A stretch of 62,672 bases of DNA, counting the filler, from Stramenopiles sp. TOSAG23-3 (Eukaryota), in the NCBI GenBank assembly GCA_900128585.1. It is 7 parts of 7 records of this genome, joined end to end, with 100 filler letters (N's around TTAATTAATTAA, not from the genome) between each part and the next. Parts side by side here need not be neighbours in the genome. Positions count along the whole stretch, not along the records: positions 14,267 to 28,420 come from LT642586.1; positions 28,521 to 42,667 come from LT642587.1; 5 more parts are not named here. One strand, given 5' to 3'. The first letter of the stretch is position 1. Every line of letters starts with the position of its first letter. Positions 22,491 through 33,300 of the stretch are shown one piece after another. The notes beneath the pieces are model-generated. The model was given only the letters and a program-made list of their open reading frames with translations, was not told the DNA's origin and did no database searches. Made by a program: the position numbers and the translations under genes.

Positions 22491-22687
22491 CCAAACAACC
22501 AATTTACCAAACACTCACCGCACACACTCTACACAAAGCAGATTATTGTTGTCAGGTATCGTCCTGCCTCCTTTTTCTGCTTCGATGTCCAAACACCAAT
22601 TTACCACAGACACACCACACGCACACACTCTACACAAAACAGATTATTGTTGTCAGGTAACGTACTGCCTCCTTTTTCTGCTTCAAT
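22491..22687. repeat. Degenerate ~98-nt tandem duplication immediately upstream of the TrxR start
   Basis: Copies 22491-22586 and 22589-22687 share CCAATTTACCA...GCACACACTCTACACAAA.CAGATTATTGTTGTCAGGTA.CGT.CTGCCTCCTTTTTCTGCTTC. Confidence 0.9.
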
Positions 22688-23165
22688 TCAAAGGAAGTAC
22701 GGAGTCATATAAGTTGACCATTTCTCATTCAACATAGTAGATTTAATTTGTAACATTGTGATCATGACGACATTTTTTTATTTAAAAAAAAAAAATAATA
22801 ATAAAAAATAAAAAGTTCGGGTCTACGAGCGTAGTCGTCGTCACTCACCACAACAACAAGAACCAAGAAGAACAAGAAGAAAAAGAAATCTTCTCGTTCT
22901 TCGTTGTACGAGTATTTAGTTTAGCATAATAAATAACTAGACTAATAAATAATATGGTTTTATTTAATACTAAAATAATTTAAATTTTAAAGACGACTAA
23001 AAGAAGAAGTGATAAAAAAAATAAAAAAAATATTTGATATGATACTGTAGTCTGTAGTCTTCTAATTTAAATTATAATAATAATAATATTATAATACGAT
23101 ACGACGAATATTTATTCAACCGTATGTATTCGACTGAACTATATATTTAGGATATTGTATTTCAA

Positions 23166-23645
23166 ATGAAAAAATGGATCTTAGGAGACGGAACAGGTAC
23201 AGAGCTGGGTTTTGACTTGAAGAAGGAAATCCAGAAACTAGACGGGTTTTCGACGGTTTCCTTTGAAGTTGACGGTCAACGGAAAGTGTTCACGGTGGCA
23301 GATATTCAGAGGCGTGCTGAATTAGAGTTGTGTTGCCAAACGTGCTTAGAAAAGCAGCTCAGAATCGATGCGTTAGAAGCAGAGCTCCAGAGAATTGGAA
23401 AGCCAGCCACCCCACCGCTGGAATCCATTGTTCGAAAGTTCATCAAAGACAATTATGAATTTATCGTCCAACGAGAGTATAGTCGAAGGGATTTACGCCA
23501 TGAAATTGACGTCTACTTAAGAGATACGTACAACAGGCGTATGCATAGAGAATCGTCTCTGTGGCGGTATGTTCGACAATCAATTTTAGGAGACCACTCC
23601 AAGCAGTACCGACGGTTAAAGCTAAGGAGGCGGATGGCTGACTGA
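23166..23645 (+). CDS. Hypothetical 159-aa basic protein (CCxxC, short coiled coil, possible winged-helix C-terminus)
   Basis: ATG-initiated ORF beginning exactly where the AT-rich spacer ends, with protein-like composition. Function not recognised. Confidence 0.65.
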   Translation: MKKWILGDGTGTELGFDLKKEIQKLDGFSTVSFEVDGQRKVFTVADIQRRAELELCCQTCLEKQLRIDALEAELQRIGKPATPPLESIVRKFIKDNYEFIVQREYSRRDLRHEIDVYLRDTYNRRMHRESSLWRYVRQSILGDHSKQYRRLKLRRRMAD

Positions 23646-23994
23646 TGTTGGGGGGCTTCGGTTTTGGTGAGGGCTCTGTTGAGAAGGCGTGGTCTTAACT
23701 TATATATTTTTATCCGTTGGGAGTAAATTTTGAAAGAGGTTTACCAGGTTGTTAGCTACAGTGGGAATGGAAGTGGGATTTTCTGTGATAGAGGCGAATA
23801 GAATCGAGTGGGAGTGACGGTTGGGGGCATCGTGTGAACCCACCATGCCAAGGTATAGTAGTGCTGTGCTTACTGGAAGTTTCATCTGGGAGTTCGCTCG
23901 ACATTTTGTACACCAGACGTCGTATTTTAGCGGTAGATGCTACCCCACTTTCGAGTTTCGATGCGTCGGAATCCTGTATTAATATGCATATGTA

Positions 23995-26900
23995 TCAAAA
24001 AAGCTTTTCAACGTGTCTGACTCCCCCTTTGGCTTTTAACAGATTCACAATATTCGTATGTCCTTTTACTGATGCCCAATGCAATGGCGTCATACCGTCG
24101 CTGTCTGCTGCATTGACATCGATTTCATCACGGGCCAACAACAGCTTCACGACATCGGTTCTTCCCCAATATACTGCGCCATTGCATGGCGTCCAACCAT
24201 ACTTACCCTCTACTGCATTCACATCGATTTCCTCACGGGCCAACAAGAGCTTCACGATATCAGTGTTTCCGTAGCATGATGCATAATACAATGGCGTCCG
24301 ACCGTAGAATTTCTCTGCTGCATTGACATCGATTTCATCACGGTTTAATAAGAGCTTCACGACATCGGTCTCTCCTTCTTGTACTGCCAAATGCAACAAA
24401 CATCTATAGCCTTTTGCATTGACGTCGATTTCCTCACGGGCCAACAACAGCTTTACGGCATCGATGTGCCCTCTTCCTGATGCCTTATGCAATGGCGTCT
24501 GACCGCCGTTGTCTGTCACATTGACGTCGATTTCATCGCGGGCCAACAAGAGCTTTACGGCATCGATGTGCCCTTTTCCTGATGCCGTATGCAATGGCGT
24601 CCAACCGCCGTTGTCTGTCACATTGACGTCGATTTCATCGTGGGCCAACAAGAGCTTTACGACATCGATGTGCCCTTTTCCTAATGCCGTATTCAATGGC
24701 GTCAAACCGTCTATGGTTTTTGCATTGACATCGATTTCCTCACGGCCCAATAACACCTCCACGACATTGGCGTGCCCTTGGGATGATGCAAAATGCAATG
24801 GCGCCCTCCATTTCGCTGTTCCAAACATTGGTCCAATTTTAAAGCTTCCTGCATTGACATCGATTTCATCACGGGCCGACAACTGCTTGACGACATCGCT
24901 CTTTCCGTTGTACGATGCCTTATCCAGTGGCGTCCAACCATCTTTGTCTTTTGCATTACCATCGATTTCCTCACGGGCCAACAACAGCTTTACGACATCG
25001 ATCTGCCCTTTTTCTGATGCCCTATGCAATGGCGTCATATCGATTTTGTTCTTTGCATTGACATCGATTTCATCACGGTTTAATAAGAGCTTCAGAACAT
25101 CGGTGTGTCCGTTGGCTGTTGCCCAATGCAATGGCGTCCAATCGTTCTTGTCTGCTGCATTGACATCGATTTCATCGCGGGCCAACAAGAGCTCGACAAC
25201 ATCGGTCTCTCCGTTCCATGATGCATAATGCAATGGCGTCTCACCGTTTTTGTCTTTTCCATTGACGTCGATTCCTTCTTCTGACAATAGAATTCTAACG
25301 TCTTCTACGTTCCCTAAGAATGAAGCATCATGAAGTGGTGGGAGACCAGTCTCCCCCCCTTTGGTTTTTAACAGCTTCACGACATCGCAGTGCCCTTTTT
25401 CTGACGCCAAATGCAATGGCGTCTGATCGTCGTTGTCTTTTGCATTGACATCGATTTCATCGCGGGCCAACAACAACTTCACAACATCGGTCCTTCCTTC
25501 CTCTGATGCCAAATGCAATGGCGTCCGACCGTCTTTGGTTTTTGCATTGACATCGATTTCATCGCGGGCCAACAACAGCTTCACGACATCGGTCTTTCCT
25601 TCTTTTGATGCCAAATGCAATGGCGTCCCACCGTGCAACCATCTGTTGCCTTTTGCATTGACGTCGATTTCCTCACGGGCCAACAACAGCTTTACGACAT
25701 CGGTCTTTCCTGCGTATGATGCAAAATGCAATGGCGTCTGATCGCCGTTGTCTGTCACATTGACGTCGATTTCCTCATGGGCTAACAACAACTTCACGAC
25801 ATCGGTCTTTCCTGCGTATGATGCAAAATGCAATGGCGTCCGACCGTGTCTGCTTGTTACACTGACATCGATTCCTTTCTCTGACAATAGAATGCTAACA
25901 TCTTCTACGTTACCAGCTTCTGCTGCTGCATTAACTGGGTAGCTATAAGTTCTTACGGGGAAGGTGTACTTCTTCTTCACCGCTGAAATCAGTGCTTCTC
26001 GCTCCGCTACTTTGGCTTCTAGCAATTTCATTACTTCTGTATGTTCTTCTTCTGATGCCTTATCCAGTGGCGTCCAACCGTCTTCATCTTCTGCATCAAC
26101 ATCGATGTCCTCACGGGCCAACAAGAGCTCCACAACACCAGTGTGTCCTTCTTCTGATGCCAAATGCAATGGCGTCTTACCGTCGCTGCCTGCTGCATTG
26201 ACATCGATTTCATCATGGGCTAACAACAGCTTCACGACATCGGTGTTTCCTTTCCATGATGCCAAAAGCAATGGCGTCTGACCGTCTTTGTCTGCTGCAT
26301 TGACATCGATTCCTTCCTGCTGCAACAAGAGCCTGACGACATCGGTCTTTCCATGGTATGATGCCTTATGCAATGGCGTCACACCAGAGTCGGTTTTTGC
26401 ATTGACATCGCTCCCTTCTTCCGACAATAGAATGCTAACGTCTTCTACGTTACCAGTCTTCGCTGCTTCGTGCAATGGTGGAGAATCCTTTCCTTTGTAC
26501 TTTTCCTTCACAGCTGGTATCTGTGTGCGGAGTGCCTTTTCCTCCTGGTGTCTCCGTTCCTCTGCCTTTCGTTCTTCTTCCTGGCGTCTCCGTTCCACCT
26601 CCGCCTTTCGTTCCTCCTCCAGGCGTTTCATTTCTCGCTCCGCTTCTCGCTTCGCTTCCTCCGCGGCCTTTCGTTTTTCCTCGTACTTTTTCCGCACGTC
26701 CTCCTCGATCTGCTTTCTCAAATCCTTCTCCATGGCTTTCTTGACTTCCTCCCGAATCTCTTCTTCCGTCTTGGACGTCGCTTCCCCTCGACTTGCCAAA
26801 ATCCCATCCCACTGAAACGGACGGCACGTGCGAACAACGTCTGCAAACCTTGGGCGGTCGTCTGGGTCCTGTGCCCAGCACGCTTGCATCGTATCAACGC

Positions 26901-28420
26901 AACTATCTCCGTACGCGTTCGTCAACGACTCGTCTAGTGGCGGGCGTTTGCACTTCACCAATACTTTGGTTACGATCTTGGACGGCTTCAGCCCTTTCCA
27001 GGGTGTGCTACCAGTCAGAATTTCCCAAATAGTTATTCCAAACGAGTAAACATCGCATTTCTCGTCGTCCTCGTCTTCATCGTCCAGTTCTTCAGGCGAT
27101 TGCCACGCCAGCGTGCCAACATTACTGCCTCCTAATGAGGACACGTGCGTTTGCAACGCCTCCGCTTTTGACAGCCCAAAATCGCAAACTTTCCCCCGAA
27201 ACTTTTCATCCAATAGGACGTTGGCCGCCTTCAAATCGCGGTGGTGAATCCCTTGCGCGTACAACGCTTTCATTCCACACGCCACGTCAAACACCAGCCC
27301 GAGTGCCATCTCCTTTGGTAGTGACACGTCCTGTTTGTCCAGCAAAGCACGAAGGCTGCCTTGGGATGCATACTCCATGACCATGATCAGTTTTCCTGGA
27401 ATCCCTGTCACGGCGCCGTACACTTGAACTATCCTGGGAGTGCGGATAGAGCACATCAGCGCAAACTCCTTGCGAAAGCTTTCGTACAGTGCGTTTTGTT
27501 GCGGGACTGTCATGCCACCTGTACGGATGACTTTCCCCGCGCAAACATCTCCGTCGTACTTTACCTTGAAGACTTCTCCTTGTGCACCCTGGCCTATTGG
27601 ATCTCCAAAATCGATATCCTCTGGGTCGATTTCATGCTCTTCATTTTCCCGTTTGATTCGAGTCCTCGCCTCTGCATGTATCCCTTGCGTATGCAGCGCA
27701 TCTTTCATCTCCCTCTGGCCTTTGAGCAGTGCGCTAAAATTCAAGTGGTCTCGTTTTCCCGTAGCAGAGACCTGTGCTACGATCGCGTCCAATGTGCGCT
27801 GTAAAGATCTACTTCTTCCATCCGCATTTTTCTCTGCAGACAGCTGATTCTTTTCCATCAGCAGTTTGAGTCCCTGCAAATGAATTCCCTGGACTCTTTG
27901 GGCACGGTTGTTTTCTGCAAATGCTTCTAGGAGCCTCGTTTCCATAGCGTTTCGGTCGGCATCGGACTTGTCGGTCTGGTCTTGCAGGGCTTCCATCCTT
28001 GCAAGCATTTCGTTGAATTTCATGGCTTCGAGAATCTCGCGGTTTTGTTTAATAGCCATTGTTCCCAGATTGACTTGGATGGTATCCATCGCACGGGATA
28101 TATCGGCGTTGATACGCTCGTACGCTTCGTGGAACGATATGGAACCAAGCAGCTGACGTACTCGGCCGTGCCCCGCGTATTTTTCCACCATTGTTTTCAG
28201 TTTCGTCACATGTTCCAGCAATTCATTCAGTCCCTGTAAATAGGACTTTCCTTTGTTCTCCGTGTTGCTGTACTCGTGTGCACATGTTTGAATGATCAGT
28301 GCAAGGCCCTTGCAGCGTTCCGCGGCGAGTATGCAGTTGTTTTTGTTATGTTTTGCAGTGAGTGCAATACCGTACACTGCACCGAACGAGGTGAAAATGA
28401 TAGAAACGATTGGTCCTACT
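23995..28420 (-). CDS. MLKL-like N-terminal domain + TKL protein kinase + coiled coil + 24 ankyrin repeats (5' truncated)
   Basis: Frame is open to the contig edge (VGPIVSIIFTSFGAVYGIALTAKHNKNNCILAAERC...). Kinase motifs GQGAQGEV, CAGK, HRDLKAAN, DFG, SPE, DVYSFG. TPLH-type repeats follow. Confidence 0.9.
24020..26487 (-). repeat. ~99-bp coding tandem repeat array (ankyrin) in three capped cassettes of 5, 6 and 13 units
   Basis: Recurrent plus-strand framework GCATTGACATCGATTTCATC.CGGGCCAACAA.AGCTT.ACGACATCG and TGCAATGGCGTC. Each cassette opens with GNVEDV(S/R)ILLSE. Confidence 0.95.
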
Positions 28421-28669
28421 NNNNNNNNNNNNNNNNNNNNNNNNNNNNNNNNNNNNNNNNNNNNTTAATTAATTAANNNNNNNNNNNNNNNNNNNNNNNN
28501 NNNNNNNNNNNNNNNNNNNNGTGTGTGGGTGCCTTTGTAAGTAAAACGATAAACAAAAGTTTGATTGAAAATAGTTGCACTCAGATGTTAACGAAGAAAG
28601 AAATTTCATTTCCTTTTAAATACACTTGCAAACTATCCACCTTCAACTACTTCCCAAGAGAACCCAACA

Positions 28670-29968
28670 ATGAGTCGTTTTGTCCGCCAAAGCAAAGTTC
28701 GCCACTTGTTTGGTACCGCAGAGAAAAAAGATAATACGTACACCCACTACAGACTTTCAACTGCTACGGGTGATGGTACTTACATCAAGTGCAACAGCAA
28801 ATACTTTGCTTTGAGCTATGGCACAGGCGGCGGCGGCACTTGCGCAGTTGTTCCGTTTGAAAAGATGGGTCCCATGACAGAGGGCTACCCTATGATCAAA
28901 GGGCACAAATCCGCAGTTTTCGATATGGACTTTAGCCCTTTCGACAATACAACGCTGGCCACCGCGTCAGACGATTGCACTTGCAAGATATGGAAGATCC
29001 CCGAAGGGGGCCTGAAGGAAGACATGAAAGACGCAGAAGCGACTTTTGATACCCACCTTCGAAAAGTTAACTTTGTTACGTTTCACCCCACCGCCGAGGG
29101 AGTGCTCGCTACCGCTTCCGCTGACAAAGCGGTCAAGATCTGGGACGTGAACACGGCGACAGAAAAAAACGCGTTGGAATCCCACCCCGAAATACTGCAG
29201 GACATTAAGTGGAGCTACGATGGTTCTATGCTAGCAACGTCGTGCAAAGATAAACATGCAAGACTTTTTGATGCAAGAATTCCGGAGGCGGTCTCTTGCT
29301 TCAAGCCCCACGAAGGGTCGAAATGTTTCAAGGTTTGCTGGACTGGCCGGAACGGAAGGTTTGTGACGACAGGGTTTACCCGTCAAAGTAAACGCCAGTT
29401 CCGAGTTTGGGACCCCAAAAACCTGGACAAGCCCGTATTTAATCAAGATTTGGACCAAGCGTCGGGGGTTATTATGCCACATTTTGACGAAGACAACAAT
29501 GTCCTGTACTTGGCCGGAAAAGGCGATGGCAACATCCGCTACTATGAGCTAGCTGGGGATAAGGCGTACAGTTTGAGTGACTACAGGTCGCAAACGTCGC
29601 AGAAAGGCATATGCTTCATGAGGAAGAAAAATTTGAACATACTCAAATGTGAAGTGCAGCGTGCTTTGAAACTTACTACCAACTCAGTAGAGCCAATTAG
29701 TTTCACGATCCCAAGAAAATCTGACCGGTTTCAGGAAGATCTTTTTCCCGACTGTTATGCAGGTGTTCCAGCGATGAGTGCTGATGAATACTTTGGGGGG
29801 AAAAATGCAAACCCACCCTTGGTGTCTTTGGACCCAGCGGGGGGCGGCAAAGTTAGCGCCGGTGCTGCAAGCACTGTGAAAGCAAGAAAATCGTATGCAC
29901 AACTGGAGAAAGAGTTGGCGGAAGCCCAGAAGCGCATTGCTGAACTCGAAGGGAAGCTAAAAGCATGA
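28670..29968 (+). CDS. Coronin
   Basis: MSRFVRQSKVRHLFG start, WD40 repeats, GKGDGNIRYYE, PISFTIPRKSDRFQEDLFPD, C-terminal coiled coil. Confidence 0.97.
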   Translation: MSRFVRQSKVRHLFGTAEKKDNTYTHYRLSTATGDGTYIKCNSKYFALSYGTGGGGTCAVVPFEKMGPMTEGYPMIKGHKSAVFDMDFSPFDNTTLATASDDCTCKIWKIPEGGLKEDMKDAEATFDTHLRKVNFVTFHPTAEGVLATASADKAVKIWDVNTATEKNALESHPEILQDIKWSYDGSMLATSCKDKHARLFDARIPEAVSCFKPHEGSKCFKVCWTGRNGRFVTTGFTRQSKRQFRVWDPKNLDKPVFNQDLDQASGVIMPHFDEDNNVLYLAGKGDGNIRYYELAGDKAYSLSDYRSQTSQKGICFMRKKNLNILKCEVQRALKLTTNSVEPISFTIPRKSDRFQEDLFPDCYAGVPAMSADEYFGGKNANPPLVSLDPAGGGKVSAGAASTVKARKSYAQLEKELAEAQKRIAELEGKLKA

Positions 29969-30267
29969 TTTTCCTAGAAGTGTCAGTTTTCACACTTCTC
30001 AAAATTATGGCTGTTATTTCAATTTTGTTTTAAACTTGGGGGCGCGCGCGCGCTCTTTCTGGGCTGCGTTTTAAAATCACACATTTTTTACAATAAGCAT
30101 TACGGCTGCCTTTAAGATTTTAATATAAGTACAAAAAGTTGTAATTTTACGAGTTTTAAAAAAACAAATGAAAATTCCTTGAGGACTTGTTTGACAAGAT
30201 AGACAACGAGCACCTTTGAAACACTCATGCCGCTGGTTGGAAAATTGTTTTAAAATAAAGAATTATG

Positions 30268-30362
30268 GACAAAAGGAGCAGAGTCACTTTCGTGGTTATA
30301 TGATGAAGATAAATTTTAATTGCTTAAATAAAAAAACAAGAATTTACAGCCAATTTTTTGTT
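30268..30362 (-). repeat. Dispersed 3'-associated element copy
   Basis: GACAAAAGGAGCAGA...GAAGATAAATTTTAATT...ACAGCCAATTTTTTG, a reverse-complement relative of 9664-9745; about 40 nt past the stop of the giant gene. Confidence 0.8.
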
Positions 30363-30397
30363 TATATATATAACAGACATTAATTTTTTTATTGACG

Positions 30398-33300
30398 TTA
30401 AACGTTTGCTGTGGGTCGTGCCTCTGACCTCTTCATAGACGGCGGTTTTATAGATGGCGGTTTTATCGCCCGCCTAGGAATTGCATTGGGAGAAGAAGTC
30501 GCATTCGTACCTGCTACATGCTGGACATCTTGTAGCAAAGCTCTTAGCTGTTGTTCCGTAGTCAATCCCCCCTTTGACATCCTTTCATATGCCCGGCGCA
30601 GCGCCTCTTGGACCATGCGTTTATTTGATTCCAACATGGCATTTAACTGTCTTGTGGAGACTTCGGAGTTTTTGTCATCCTTTTTACTCCGCTGCGCGCC
30701 TCGGCCCCGTCGCTTGGAAAGGCGTTTCTCGATGTTTGCTCTCTGGAGTTCTTTCTCTATGGCCATCGCTTTTGCCAGCTCTTCCTGATGATCGTCATAC
30801 TCTTTGTTTATGCTCGTCAATGCAGCCTCTGCCTCCTCTCGGGCCCTGGCGACTTCAGCGAGGGACTCAATGGCCGCAGTCTCCTTTTCAATTTCTAACC
30901 GTTTCGCTTTCGTGAGATTCTTCTTTCTCGCTGCTTTGCGTCGATCCATCAATCGTGATTGTAATGCATCAGCTTGGCGGTTCTTTTTGGCATTAAGATT
31001 CGATTGCATATGTGCCATTTGAGTTTCAAAGTTTGCTTGAAGATCATTTATTTGGTTTTCCAAGTTATTTTCATGGTTCTGGAGATCCACAAGTTGCTTG
31101 GTTACACTGTCCTCTTTCAAATAAATGTCTGCTAACTTAGTCAGAGCGCGCACCACTTTCTCCGACTTTTTGCCCTTCTGCTTCTCGCTCCGAGCTCCCA
31201 GTGCCTCTATGAGATTGGTGATATTATTTTCTGAGTCTTGTTTTACAGCATCAATCTCTTGTTCTATTTCTTCCTTGTTTTTGCCATTCTTCGACCCTTC
31301 CTGGCGGATCTCTTCTATTTTATGTATCTCTTTTGCCTTCGAGTTTGCCAGACGATCCATCAACCGCTTGTGTTTCTTGTCTGCTATCATTCCAAGGTTT
31401 TTCATCAACAGTGCAGAATCCTGTTCCGATCGTTTCTTGATCGCTTCGATTTGCTTTCCTACATCTTCCTTCGATTTGCCAGTGATTTGCGCCAGGTTAA
31501 TAGCCCCCGTAATCTCAATGGCTTCTTTTTGCTTGCGATCCGCCAGACGTCGGAGCATCTTCTGCCTTTTCTGTTCGTAGTTTTGATTGGCCTGCTTGTG
31601 CAGAGACGCAATTTCTATTGTCGAGCGTTTCTTTATTTGCTCGATTTTTTTTTTCAATATCTTCCTCTGTGTGATCTGGGTGATTTTGCAAGTGATCCAA
31701 GGCATCCAATTCTTCCGTTTTCAATTTCAGCAATGAGTCTAGCATTTCTTTAGTCACAACGTCTGGGTCGACATCTTGCTCGGCGATGGCTTGGTCTATT
31801 TCGAGCTGGGCCGTCTCGTGCGCCTCTGCTATGGAGTCATTGCTGTGTTTTTTTGCCTTTGTGGCTCTTATTCTCCTTGCCTCGTTTTCTTTTATTTGGG
31901 ACAGTCTGTCCATCAATCTATCATGTGCTGCACTTCTGTTGTTTTCCACGTTGTGGATGAAGTTCGTAACATCCCTCGAACACGTGCTCATGACTTCAGC
32001 AACAGCAGCGTCCAACTTGTCTTTTGGCCAGTTTTCTGCCTCCGCGCGTTTAGTCAGCTCGGCCGTCCGGGTTTTTGCTTCTTTTTTGCGAGCTTTGATT
32101 TTCTGTAGGAGCACAATGTGCTTCTCATAGCTCTTTTCTCCCAGCTCTTGAAGCAATGCATTTTTCTGTCGGTTACAGGCCTCTTCTAACACCCGTAGTT
32201 GCTCTTCGCTGATAAATTTGTCATTTTTCAATTCTTCTAGTTTGCTCGACAATTTATCCTGATTTTCTTCATGGGATTCAACGAGTTGATCAACGTCATC
32301 ATTATGAGATTCCAACAAATTGCTCATTCGTTGTTTGTGGTTTTCATACAATTCACTTTTCCCTTGCAGCTTTCCCGTCAAAATAGCTTCCGCTCTTACG
32401 TGTTGTTCGTGTAAGGATAGCGTTGTATTAAATCTGTTTCCGGCGACTAACACTCTACACTGCATTTGAACAGGGACTTGCTTTCCGCTCAATTTTTCCT
32501 GTTTGCGGGCGAGATTCTTTTTTTGAATCTTTAGGCGTGCATTTATGCGCTTTTTCAGTTTTGCGCGTCGAAGCCTTTTCTCTTTTTCCAATACTTCGTG
32601 TAGTTTCAATTTGCTCTCCCGAAATGCACTTGCAAGATCATTTAATTGGTCGTTCAAGGAGTCTATCTCGTGCACTTGATCCTTCAATTCTTTTTCTAAA
32701 CCTTTTTTGTCCTTTCGTTGTTGCCGAGCCTCCTTCGAATTGGATGGTGCACTCATCGTCAGCTTATAAATAAGGTCTTCGATCATCAGACGACGAGAAG
32801 TTGCGGCTACAAGCAACCCATCGAGCTCGTCGTGGCGAATGTTAAAGTTGCTTGTTTGGCGGATAACATTTGCATCATGTTCTTCTTTCAATCGTTTTAA
32901 TTCATCTTCGACTTTTCCTAGTTCCTCCCTTCGCCACGCGCTTATCGCTTCTGCTTCTTCGCCTGAATTGCTTGCGGTTGCTCTGCCGTGTTTCATCTGC
33001 AGTTTTTCAAGTGCCCTGTGTTTTGCGTAATATCGCAAGTTCCGTTGTATATCCATAAACAACGATGTTGCAAGAATTGCTATAGGGGTAATAAAACAGA
33101 TAAATACGCCATTGTCTAGAGACATGCGAACTAACTCAGAAATGTTACTCTCTTCAGTGACAAAATAAACTGCCGATAGGGGGGATACGGAGTATGTTTT
33201 TATCATGAGCCCGAAGAGCAAGACTATTATATTACTCGCCATCGCAAGCATTTCTAAAGAGTTGTAATCGTAAAGCCACTCAAAAACGTCTTTTAGGTGA

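Noticed and set aside
24020-26487. Regular repeat-with-variable-spacer pattern as a CRISPR array or DGR target
   Set aside because: Units are in-frame 33-codon ankyrin repeats; no cas or reverse transcriptase gene and no template repeat in the window.
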